From an uncultured archaeon (GTDB taxonomy: Archaea; Asgardarchaeota; Jordiarchaeia; Jordiarchaeales; Jordiarchaeaceae), in assembly GCA_964510585.1 (NCBI GenBank), contig CAZECW010000038.1, positions 1 through 32,000 on the forward strand: 32,000 nt of DNA. Direction: 5' to 3'. Positions 8,613 through 17,500 of this stretch are shown one piece after another; within the stretch, counting starts at the first letter, position 1; every line of letters starts with the position of its first letter. Made by a program: the position numbers and the translations under genes. Under the pieces are notes generated by a model that was not told the DNA's origin, searched no databases, and saw only the letters and a program-made list of their open reading frames with translations.

Positions 8613-10173
8613 GTGGAAACATTCCCTTGGTGGACTGAAAGTCAGAAAAAACTCGCAGAAGAAGTGGAAGAGTTTGTTGAGGAAAATGCTCCAAGGGCAG
8701 CCGAGGCTCTCTGGACATTCGAGAACCCCGAAGATATCGTTAAAAAGGTGGCCGAGAAGGGCTGGTTTGGAACCCTAATTCCTGAAGAGTATGGAGGAAT
8801 GGGAAGCGAAGTGGGAGTTACCGGAGCATGCATCGTAGTCGAAGGACTCGCCCGTCTAGGTCCACTCACTGCAACCTATAGCACTACGTGTTTTGGGGGA
8901 ACCCATCAATTGGTACGCTTAGGAACCCCGGAGCAAAAAGAAAAGTGGCTTCCCAAAATTGCTCGTGGGGAACAGTTAAACGCACTCTGCCTTACGGAAC
9001 CATTCGTGGGCTCCGATGCTGCTGGCGTCACCACCAGAGCTACACGTGTTAGGGGGGTATATAATTAATGGCAAGAAAAGATTCATAAGTACTAGCGGAA
9101 TCGCCGATGCCTATTTTGTGTATGTTAAAACTAGCGACAATCCCAGTGACAAAGCAGCATACAGACACCTTACGGGCCTCTATGTTCAGAAGGGTATGCC
9201 CGGCTTCACAGTGGAGAGAATAAATGCTCTAGGAGTCTTTGATGGGGTTCGCAATGGGGTACTAAACTTCAACAATGTCTTTGTGCCAGAAGATAATGTG
9301 GTGGGAGGGGAAGGTATGGGGTGGATGTGTATGATTAGCGGCCTCAATCTGGAGAGAGTCCTCATAGCAGTGAGTGTAGTTTCTGGCATCAGGGAAGCCT
9401 TGAGATACTCCTACTACATGAGTCAGAGAAGAGTCCAGTTCGGCAAGCGCACCATTGAGTTTGAAAGTAACCAGTACCGAGTAGCGGATATGATAATTGG
9501 TTACAAAACTTCCCGACTGCTAACCTACTATGCGGCTTCCCTTCTTGACAAGGGGTTGGAGCCCCTAATTGAGGCTAACAGCGCCAAGATTTACGCAACA
9601 GAAACTGCGAGGAAAGTTGCTGAAGACGCATTGCAGGTTATGGGTGGAGATGGCTTCACAAAATATTATCCTGTGGAGTCACTGCTGAGAGATGCCAAAA
9701 TACTTGAGGTGGGAGGAGGCACAAACGACGTGTTAAGGCGTCTAATAGCAAACCAGGGCTGGAACATAATGAGGGATATGTTGAAGCCGCCTAGGCGCCG
9801 CGTAAGCAAAAAATTCGGAATCTCTCTCCCCTATTTCAGGAACCCACCTGAACTTGAATTACCCACAAAGTGTGGAGCCTCTGACTCAGAGGCCGTTGAG
9901 AAGGGTGTACTCTTGGCACTTGCAGAAGATTACCTTGTAAATCCCGGATTGCATATGACTAGGGAGGAACTAATGGAGGACACAGGTTTAGACGAGGAGC
10001 GCCTAGACGAGGCCCTATTATCACTTGAGGAAAAGCAGCTTGTGGACATTTATCGCGACAAGAAGGGAGTTCTCAGACTAATAAAGGCAACCTACGCCGG
10101 ACTGGATAAGGCAAGGCCTATCAACTACTATAGATGGTATCCGGAATGGGTTCGAAAAGACGAAATATTCTAG
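8613..10173 (+). CDS. Acyl-CoA dehydrogenase (IVD-like catalytic layout) with C-terminal winged-helix-like extension; frameshifted at G6 (9052-9057)
   Basis: GTG start at 8613 after GGAGGTG. ORF1 carries PEEYGG and LCLTEPFVGSDAAG; ORF2 continues YIINGKKRFIS, GLNLER, RVQFGK and LRDAKILEVGGGT. The two halves join at AGGGGGG with a +1 offset, giving about 520 aa if repaired. Confidence 0.88.
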
Positions 10174-10174
10174 C

Positions 10175-10233
10175 AAAAAATTCAATATTTTTTGTGACAA
10201 AACAATTTTATACCTAAAAAATTCAATATTGAA
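10175..10233 (+). promoter_or_regulatory. Promoter with a repeated candidate operator upstream of the FabK/NMO gene
   Basis: AAAAAATTCAATATT occurs at 10175-10189 and 10216-10230, flanking TTTTATA (TATA-like, ~10206-10212). The second copy includes the perfect palindrome TTCAATATTGAA (10222-10233). Confidence 0.5.
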
Positions 10234-10264
10234 GAAAATGTAACTAGGTTAAGGTTGGTTAGCT

Positions 10265-11317
10265 ATGATTAAAACTAAACTTATGGAAATGTTGGGAATT
10301 AAATATCCCATAATACAGGCTGGAATGGGTCCCTATTCAACTACCAGACTCGCCGCTGCAGTGGCCAACGCCGGAGGACTGGGAATAATAAGCGGCGTTG
10401 GTATGGGAGTTTGCAAGCTTTTGGGCGGCCAAAAATTCATGGATTATGATCCGAAAAAGAGTCCAGCTCAAAATATGAGGGAAGCCATCCACTACGTTAA
10501 AGAAGCAACCCAAAAATCTGGAGGCATATTTGGAGTAAACGTTCCAGTTGCGGTGGAATTTCGAGAAATAAGCGACGAACTAATCCAAACTGCAATCGAG
10601 GAGAGAGAAAAAGATCCGGATCTAGTCAGAAGGATGAAGGTCATAATTACATCTGCGGGAAACCCGGAACGCCACGCCGAAATGATAAAGGAGTCAGGGG
10701 TTTTGCGCTTCCACGTCTGTCCTTCCCCCTACCATGCAAAGAAGGCAGAGAAGGCTGGTGCGGACTTGGTAATCGCCAGTGGTCATGAGGGCGGGGGTCA
10801 CGTGGCCCACGAGCCGGTTCACAGCATGGTTTTGATTCCCGAAGTGGTGAAGACGGTGAGTGTACCAGTTGTGGCTGCAGGTGGCTTCTGTGATGGAGCG
10901 GGGCTGGTTGCGGCGCTGGCTCTGGGGGCGGTTGGTATACAGATGGGCACGCGTTTCATAGCCACCAAGGAGAGTGACTTCCTCGACTACTACAAAGATT
11001 ACACTAGGAATCTTGGCGATGTCCGAAAGACTATTGTTGCCAGGGGAGTTTTTGGCAGAATAAGATACCTGAAAACCGACGCAACTGTTGAACTTTATGA
11101 GATGGAGAGGAGGGGCTGCCCAGATGCTGAGGTTGCCGACTTTGAGATGAAGGCCATCCAAGCGATACATTTCGGTGATCCCAAGAAGGCCGCGTTTTTC
11201 GGCGGTGAGGTTGCAGGGAGATTTTCAGACCTACCCACAGTAAAAGAACTTATGGATAGGATAGTTAGGGAAGCAGAAGAAATCATAAGGGATAAGCTTC
11301 CAAAAGTTGTCGCATAA
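10265..11317 (+). CDS. FMN-dependent nitronate monooxygenase / FabK-like enoyl-thioester reductase family
   Basis: MLGIKYPIIQAGMG, AVANAGGLG, GHEGGGH, PVVAAGG and GIQMGTRF motifs. Confidence 0.88.
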   Translation: MIKTKLMEMLGIKYPIIQAGMGPYSTTRLAAAVANAGGLGIISGVGMGVCKLLGGQKFMDYDPKKSPAQNMREAIHYVKEATQKSGGIFGVNVPVAVEFREISDELIQTAIEEREKDPDLVRRMKVIITSAGNPERHAEMIKESGVLRFHVCPSPYHAKKAEKAGADLVIASGHEGGGHVAHEPVHSMVLIPEVVKTVSVPVVAAGGFCDGAGLVAALALGAVGIQMGTRFIATKESDFLDYYKDYTRNLGDVRKTIVARGVFGRIRYLKTDATVELYEMERRGCPDAEVADFEMKAIQAIHFGDPKKAAFFGGEVAGRFSDLPTVKELMDRIVREAEEIIRDKLPKVVA

Positions 11318-11363
11318 CTATCATATTCCTCTTTTCTATTTTGGTGTTTAAGGGAGGCATTCT

Positions 11364-12146
11364 ATGAAGGATTTGAAAACAATTAAGATTCAGAAAGAGG
11401 ATGGTTTGGGAATAATAACTCTTAACCGGCCTGAAAAGAGAAACGCCATTAACTTTGAAATGTTTAGTGAGATTGGAGAAGCGGCCGGCATAGTGTCTGA
11501 CGATGATGAGATAAAAGCTGTCATTATAACTGGTGCAGGGCCCTCCTTCTCTGCGGGAATAGATTTCAATTCTTTTGGGCGGTTCGGAGGCATATCCTCC
11601 CGGGAATTCAGGAACCTTGGAAGAAAGATTCAGATAGGCTGGACTAGAATTGAAAACATTGAGAAACCAGTCATAGCTGCCATTAATGGTTCAGCAATCG
11701 GAGGCGGCTTGGAACTCGCCCTCTGCTGCGACATCCGGATAGCAGCGGACAATGCCCGCATGGGTATCCCAGAGGTTTGCATAGGCATCGTACCTGATCT
11801 GGGAGGAGCTCAGAGGCTTCCCAGAATAATTGGGTTGGGAAGAGCTAAGGAACTCATATTCACGGGCAGAATCATAGATGCCCAGGAAGCTGAGAGAATA
11901 GGGCTGGTAAACAGGGTGGTTCCCACAGAAAAACTCATGGACTCAGCCAAAGAGTTAGCGAGAGAAATCATGGATAACGGTTTAATCGCGGTTGGCCTTG
12001 CCAAAAAAATCGCCAACAAGTCCCTAGAAGTCGATATGGAAACCATACTAGAATACTCCATACTAGCTCAAGACATATGCATAAGAAACGAAAACATGGC
12101 AGAACTGTTCACCCGCTACATGCAAAAGAAGAGCAAGAAAAAATAA
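11364..12146 (+). CDS. Enoyl-CoA hydratase/isomerase (crotonase)
   Basis: ITLNRPEKRNAI, FSAGID, GGGLE and IPE (both catalytic Glu present), PDLGGAQRLPRIIG. Confidence 0.93.
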   Translation: MKDLKTIKIQKEDGLGIITLNRPEKRNAINFEMFSEIGEAAGIVSDDDEIKAVIITGAGPSFSAGIDFNSFGRFGGISSREFRNLGRKIQIGWTRIENIEKPVIAAINGSAIGGGLELALCCDIRIAADNARMGIPEVCIGIVPDLGGAQRLPRIIGLGRAKELIFTGRIIDAQEAERIGLVNRVVPTEKLMDSAKELAREIMDNGLIAVGLAKKIANKSLEVDMETILEYSILAQDICIRNENMAELFTRYMQKKSKKK

Positions 12147-12427
12147 AACAAAACCCCAGATCCATAAATGGAAAAAAATAATTTTCAGTGTGCTTGCTTT
12201 GCATCCCTTTTTGAGATAGCAGATTTTCACTGAAAAAAGTTTCAGGGGTCAACTAGGAATAAGCTTTATGTAAGACATCTTCTGGCAAAATGAGAAAAAA
12301 AATAGGGGAGAACAAAAACTAGGCATAAGAGCTACTTACGAATTTAGAGCGCTTTTTCTTGAGGTATTTGTGAAAAAGATCCAAAGATAAAAACAGTAAA
12401 GGGAGGGTGTTTGCTCCCTTCAAAGAT

Positions 12428-12895
12428 TTATATGAGTTTGAAGTATTGGATATCCATTATGTCTCCTACGGTTTTGTCCCTCCATACTGCCTGTACCTTT
12501 GCACCCACTTTAACCTGTTTTTTGACATTCTCAAGATCTGATATGTCTACTTCCCCTATGTAGTGGTGGAAGGAGCTGTCAGCGCCATCCAGTTTTATAC
12601 GCGCTATTATGTAGGGGGGATTCGCGGGTTGGTTAATATAGGGATATGTGACCAGAGTCCAAGATTCAATGGTGCCCTTGTCACTGACTTGAACCCAATC
12701 CGGAATATCCACAAAACACGTGCTACAGAATTTCCTACCTGGAACAAGCACCTTACCGCATTTGGGACATTTGCTTCCCATTATCTTCTTGTTCTTCATA
12801 CCCTGAAAAAACTTTAAACCCGCTTCCCCAATCGACCAACGGTAGGGAAGTTGAATCGCACCATACTTCACACTTTTAATTCCTTCCTCGGCCAT
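12428..12895 (-). CDS. DUF35 Zn-ribbon/OB-fold protein (thiolase partner)
   Basis: KCPKCG...FCSTC zinc ribbon, DKGTIESWT and VGAKVQAVW. Last gene of a four-gene minus-strand operon. Confidence 0.9.
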   Translation of the reverse strand: MAEEGIKSVKYGAIQLPYRWSIGEAGLKFFQGMKNKKIMGSKCPKCGKVLVPGRKFCSTCFVDIPDWVQVSDKGTIESWTLVTYPYINQPANPPYIIARIKLDGADSSFHHYIGEVDISDLENVKKQVKVGAKVQAVWRDKTVGDIMDIQYFKLI

Positions 12896-12916
12896 TTCAT
12901 CAATCCTCCAACTTTT

Positions 12917-14086
12917 TTAAGGTGTTCTACTCAAAATCATCACACTAATGAGATGGTTAGCTCCTCCAAGACCATTACTGAAAGCTGTCTCAGCGTCGGG
13001 AATCTGGTGAGCCCCAGCTTTGCCAGTGACCTGAAGGGCAGCCTCCACCACCCTAACCATGGCTGTGGCACCGATGGGATTAGTGCTCAACACGCCTCCC
13101 GAAGGGTCGCAGGGCAACTCACCACTCCTGGACACAATGCCTTCCTCGACAAGTTTGTATGCTTCACCCGGTTTGCAGAAGCCAAAACACTCGTAATGCA
13201 TCATTTCCTGGAAAGTGAAGGGATTATACACTTCTGCCACATCCAGCTGCTTAAGGGGATTAGTGATACCCGCCATTTTGTAGGCCCGCCTAGCCACCTC
13301 TATGGTTCCCGGATTTTCCACACTATCATTATCACTAGACCAGTACTCGTTGCCACAATAAGCAACACCCTTAACCCAAGCAGGAGTATCAGTAATTTTC
13401 CTGGCCCGCTCCTCAGAAGCATATATGATCGCGCAGGCACCATCCGATTGTGGACACACATCCAACAATCTAATGGGGTAACAGATTATCCTGGAATTCA
13501 GAACATCATCAACCTTAATCTTTATCTTAATATGTGCATAGGGATTGTCAAAAGCGTCCAAATGATTCCTCACCGAAACCTCAGCCGCAGCCAAACGAAT
13601 CTTTTCCTCAGGAACATCGTACCTGTGCAGGTACTCGTTACTCTGCTGGGCAAAAACTCCCGGAGCGCCAGGCACAAAAGGCCTGCTAAAGTGAGCATCA
13701 CCCACAGTATTCATCGTTCCCTGAGCTTCACCCTCATACTGCTTCTCCGCCCCCACAGCTAAAACCACATCAAACATACCTGAAGCTACATGGTAATAAC
13801 CAGACTGAGCCACAGACATGCCCGTAGTTCCACAGGTAGCCACCCGCATATTAGGCTTCAACACAGCACCGGCTGCATCGTCACCCCAATAGAGGTGGGG
13901 AGCATTAACTCCCTCCATCGGTGCAGGCATAGAACCGGATACCACAGCTTCTATTTCCTCAATTGTTAAATTTGCGTCGTCTAGCGCCCTTTTCACGGCT
14001 TCATGTACCAATTCTGGGAAACTTACCTCTCTTCTTTTTCCGTGGACTGTCTGACCCACGCCCACTACAGCTACTTTTCTAACCAT
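12917..14086 (-). CDS. SCP2/thiolase-like protein, Ltp3-like
   Basis: VAVVGVGQT, CPQSDGACA, AEVYNPF and PSGGVLSTNPIGATA; lacks the canonical GHP histidine. Confidence 0.8.
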   Translation of the reverse strand: MVRKVAVVGVGQTVHGKRREVSFPELVHEAVKRALDDANLTIEEIEAVVSGSMPAPMEGVNAPHLYWGDDAAGAVLKPNMRVATCGTTGMSVAQSGYYHVASGMFDVVLAVGAEKQYEGEAQGTMNTVGDAHFSRPFVPGAPGVFAQQSNEYLHRYDVPEEKIRLAAAEVSVRNHLDAFDNPYAHIKIKIKVDDVLNSRIICYPIRLLDVCPQSDGACAIIYASEERARKITDTPAWVKGVAYCGNEYWSSDNDSVENPGTIEVARRAYKMAGITNPLKQLDVAEVYNPFTFQEMMHYECFGFCKPGEAYKLVEEGIVSRSGELPCDPSGGVLSTNPIGATAMVRVVEAALQVTGKAGAHQIPDAETAFSNGLGGANHLISVMILSRTP

Positions 14087-14100
14087 CCAGCTTCTCCTCT

Positions 14101-15240
14101 CTACCTGCCCAAGATTGCCACCATGTGGAGCTGTCCAGCAAGTCCATGTACACTGTGCACCAGTGCGGTCTCCGCGTCTGGAACCTGTCTCTCACCCGCC
14201 TTGCCCCAGAGCTGTAGAGCAGCCTCAGCAGCCCTTATGGCACCACGGGCACAGAAGGGATTCGTAGAGAGAACTCCACCTGAGGGATTCACAGGCAACT
14301 CGCCATCCATACTGGTTACTCCATCCTTGATGAGTTTTGCACCCTCACCCCTGGAGCAGAAGCCTAATGCCTCATACCAGAGCAACTCTTGGAAAGCGTA
14401 GGGCTCACAAATCTCGGCTACATCAATTTCTTTGAGTGGATTTTTGATTCCCGCCATTTCGTAGGCCTTTTGGCTGGCCATTTTTAATGCCCGGTTTTCC
14501 AGTATATCTCGGTCTCCCATAAAGTAGGGCTCAGCCCTCCAGTTTATTCCCTTTATCCAGATGGGGTCGTCGGTGAACTTTTTGGCCGCCTTTTCACTGG
14601 CAAGGATTAGGGCGCAGGCACCGTCCGAAGCTGGGCAACACATAAGCTCCCTTAGGGGATAAGCCATAACCGGGGAATGCATTACGTCCTCTACTGTCGC
14701 TCTCATTTTTCGGTGCGCGTGGGGGTTAAACAAAGCATTTCTAAGATTTTTGACGGCTACCTCGGCTCCCACCTCTTCGCTGACCTTATACCGGCTCATG
14801 TACTGGTTAGCTTGAAGGGCAGCCGCCGAGATTTCTTCCAGACCTATGGGTCTCTGGTAGAAGGGATCATTATAGATGTTTGTTAACGTGGCTATGGGTG
14901 GGGCCTCGCTGCACTTAGTAATCCCTATGACCAGACAGGTGTCAAAGTGTCCGGATCTGACTCTCATGTACCCGTAGGCTAAAGCCAGTCCGGAGTCCTC
15001 CTCAGCTTTGGTGCTGTCTTTAAGATAGCCAGCCGCGGCGTCGAAGTGGAACACGTTTGAGCAACCCATACCTTGCCAGTAGTCCGAGGACGAGGCCACA
15101 ACTGTATCGAGTTCTTCTCGGGTTAAGCCAACCTTGTCCATTACGGTTTTAGTTACTTCGAAGGCAAGTCCCCTTACCGAATCCATTAAGTTTTCTCCAC
15201 ATTTTTGAGCTACACCAACAATTGCCACCTTTTCAGACAT
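14101..15240 (-). CDS. SCP2/thiolase-like protein, Ltp4-like (no nucleophile Cys)
   Basis: ASSSDYWQG, KAEEDSGLAL at the usual Cys position, DPFYQRPI and PSGGVLSTNPF. Start placed at ATG 15240. Confidence 0.78.
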   Translation of the reverse strand: MSEKVAIVGVAQKCGENLMDSVRGLAFEVTKTVMDKVGLTREELDTVVASSSDYWQGMGCSNVFHFDAAAGYLKDSTKAEEDSGLALAYGYMRVRSGHFDTCLVIGITKCSEAPPIATLTNIYNDPFYQRPIGLEEISAAALQANQYMSRYKVSEEVGAEVAVKNLRNALFNPHAHRKMRATVEDVMHSPVMAYPLRELMCCPASDGACALILASEKAAKKFTDDPIWIKGINWRAEPYFMGDRDILENRALKMASQKAYEMAGIKNPLKEIDVAEICEPYAFQELLWYEALGFCSRGEGAKLIKDGVTSMDGELPVNPSGGVLSTNPFCARGAIRAAEAALQLWGKAGERQVPDAETALVHSVHGLAGQLHMVAILGR

Positions 15241-15261
15241 AAAACCACCCTTAAACATTGT

Positions 15262-15747
15262 TTACTTTATGGGTTTGAAGTACTCGATGTCGGTTATTGC
15301 TCCCACCCTTTTCTCGGCCCACACTGCCTTGACCCGCATCCCTATTTTTACCTGGTCCTTTACCTTCTCGGGGTCGGAGAAGTCGATACCCATTACGTAG
15401 TGGTTGAACCCGGTGTCTGCGCCGTCAAGATCGATGACCGCTACGATGTAGGGAGGGTTTCTGGGCTGTCCAACAAAAGAGTAATTTACGAAGGCGTAGG
15501 TTCTTATGGTGCCTTCGTCCTTAACCTCTACCCAGTCGAATAGTTCTACGAAGTCTCGGGGGCAAAATTTTCGTCCCGGAACCAGAACCCTACCGCACTT
15601 GTGGCATTTTGTTCCCAGAATCTTTTTCTCTTTGAGTCCTTGGAAGAAGCGCAGTCCAGAGGGTCCGATGGTCCATTTGTAGGGCAGAGTAATTTCTGCT
15701 TCCCTAACAGTTTTAACCTCTTCTTGACTCAAACTTTTTTCCTCCAA
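15262..15747 (-). CDS. DUF35 Zn-ribbon/OB-fold protein
   Basis: KCHKCG...FCPRD zinc ribbon, DEGTIRTY and IGMRVKAVW. Clear paralogue of 12428-12895. Confidence 0.9.
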   Translation of the reverse strand: MEEKSLSQEEVKTVREAEITLPYKWTIGPSGLRFFQGLKEKKILGTKCHKCGRVLVPGRKFCPRDFVELFDWVEVKDEGTIRTYAFVNYSFVGQPRNPPYIVAVIDLDGADTGFNHYVMGIDFSDPEKVKDQVKIGMRVKAVWAEKRVGAITDIEYFKPIK

Positions 15748-15873
15748 ACCTTTTAGACGATTCTAAAAACCTACCTTTTCACTAACAGGGTAAATCATGA
15801 CTTTTCCCAAACAATTTTTCTAATTATCGCTGGGATGACTGCTTTTGGTGTAGGTTACTCTTTTTTCCACTTC

Positions 15874-15906
15874 TTTGTTTAAATGTCTATATAAATTTTG
15901 TTTAAA
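15874..15906 (-). promoter_or_regulatory. TATA box for the thiolase operon, flanked by 10-bp direct repeats
   Basis: TTTATATA on the minus strand (15888-15895) sits between two TTTGTTTAAA copies (15874-15883 and 15897-15906). Confidence 0.4.
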
Positions 15907-16154
15907 GACTTCGAAAAACCGGCGGTGATGATAAATGAAAGAATGTGGGGGGATGTTTGGATTTTTTGTTGGTTTTTTCGCTTAACTACCTATAATTTTG
16001 CCATAATTTGGAAAAGAATTCTTATAATACCTCCTTTCTTTAAAACCGCTAAAAAAGAAATTTTCTAAAATGTGGATGCCGCCTTGCGTCTTGGAGAGTT
16101 ATCGAAACTTTAATATTTTTTAACCTTAAACTTTTTGATAAACAATTCTTGTAG

Positions 16155-17408
16155 ATGCTGAGTTTGACCAATATGTGGTTCCGCTATGCCAATTCCAAGC
16201 TCTTAGTGGTTTACTTTGCCAGTTTTGTAGGCCCTGTTTCGGGCAACACCGTTCTGACCCTGATACCAACATTGAAGAGCACTTTTCATACAGATGTGGG
16301 TACTGTTCTGCTTGCCATAACGGCTTTGATGGTTCCCTTCGCCTTCTTCCAGCTTTTTTCAGGCACCATATCCGATGTTTACGGCAGAAGAAAAGTTTTA
16401 GCGGCAGGTTTCCTAATATATGGTGCCGGCTTGACGCTCATCGGTTTCAGTCCCAACTTTAACATTTGGGTGTTTCTGGGAGCAAGGTTCATTTGTGGAA
16501 TAGGCTACGCATTCATCGGTCCGGTTTTGCCTGCCTGCATCGGCGACCTCACAAAAATCGAGTACCGGGGGAAAGTTATGGGAATCTACTCTTCAATGGT
16601 CACCTTTGGTACGGCTGTAGGTCCTCTGTTGGCTGGTTTCCTCGCTGATGTTTGGTGGTATATTTATTTTATGCTTGCCGGTATGGCCTTTCTATCCCTG
16701 TTTTTGGTTTGGTTTTTCCTAGGAACTGTTAATGTGCCCAAAAATGTTAGTATTCCTGTTATGAGCCAAGTTTTTCTGGATTTGAGAGAGGTTTTCTCCC
16801 ACAAAAACGTATTAGTACTTTCTCTGGCCGGATTCTTCGGCTATTTGGGCTTGGCTGGTGTATCCTCTTTTCTATCCGACACTTTGTCACTGCCTCCCTT
16901 CTATTTGGATGCTGTATCTATTGGGGTGATTCTCTCCGCTTGGGGTGCTGTGGTGATTTTCTTCGCTCCACTATCCGGATATCTGATGGACAGGTGGGGT
17001 AGGGGAAACGTGGCCTATTTGGGGATTGCTGTGAGCTTATGTGCGTTGCTTTTGCTATTCTTCTCTCAAGATTTTTGGTGGTTTATGCTCTCCACAGCCC
17101 TGTTTGGTATCGGAGGCAACCTGTTTTGGCTACCCCTAGGAACTTTGTCTGTGGAGCTAGTGCCCCAAATGAGGGGAGCTACGGCCTCTGTTTATAACAG
17201 CCTCGGCATGTTTGGCTATGCTCTTGCACCCTACCTGCTCACCCCAGTTTACAATGATTATGGTACAAGTATGATTTCCGGCTTCCAAATCATTATCTTA
17301 ATAGCGATGTTCACATTATTGTCAATGATTTTCTTTATCCGATACCTTGGAAGGCAGGAGCTTCCCGAAATACAAATAAAAAAACCAAAACCTACATTAA
17401 TCCACTAA
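16155..17408 (+). CDS. MFS transporter (DHA1/drug-like), copy 1
   Basis: GTISDVYGRRKV motif A, about 12 hydrophobic segments and GYLMDRWGR second-half motif. True start may be ATG 16173. Confidence 0.9.
   Translation: MLSLTNMWFRYANSKLLVVYFASFVGPVSGNTVLTLIPTLKSTFHTDVGTVLLAITALMVPFAFFQLFSGTISDVYGRRKVLAAGFLIYGAGLTLIGFSPNFNIWVFLGARFICGIGYAFIGPVLPACIGDLTKIEYRGKVMGIYSSMVTFGTAVGPLLAGFLADVWWYIYFMLAGMAFLSLFLVWFFLGTVNVPKNVSIPVMSQVFLDLREVFSHKNVLVLSLAGFFGYLGLAGVSSFLSDTLSLPPFYLDAVSIGVILSAWGAVVIFFAPLSGYLMDRWGRGNVAYLGIAVSLCALLLLFFSQDFWWFMLSTALFGIGGNLFWLPLGTLSVELVPQMRGATASVYNSLGMFGYALAPYLLTPVYNDYGTSMISGFQIIILIAMFTLLSMIFFIRYLGRQELPEIQIKKPKPTLIH
16293..16399 (+). repeat. Near-identical 107-nt block shared with 17630-17736
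   Basis: 75 identical nt (16293-16367 = 17630-17704), one mismatch, then 31 identical nt. Confidence 0.9.
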
Positions 17409-17500
17409 ATGGAGGAAGTCATCTTTTAAGATATAGAAATATTAATATCGCTGTCTTTGTGTCTTTTTCTGAAGAGCATTTAGGAAAGGTTGTGTAGTGA

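Noticed and set aside
10265-11317. Assignment as steroid ring C/D enzyme IpdC
   Set aside because: Only family-level motifs are visible, and no IpdAB/EchA20-like neighbours are present.
12147-12427. 281-nt gap between convergent genes as a hidden element
   Set aside because: Only a weak CTGAAA/TTTCAG hairpin and A/T runs; no ORF, terminal repeats or RNA motif that I can support.
12851-13762. 303-aa plus-strand ORF
   Set aside because: Antisense shadow of the thiolase-like gene with no recognisable motif; other antisense ORFs in the track are rejected for the same reason.
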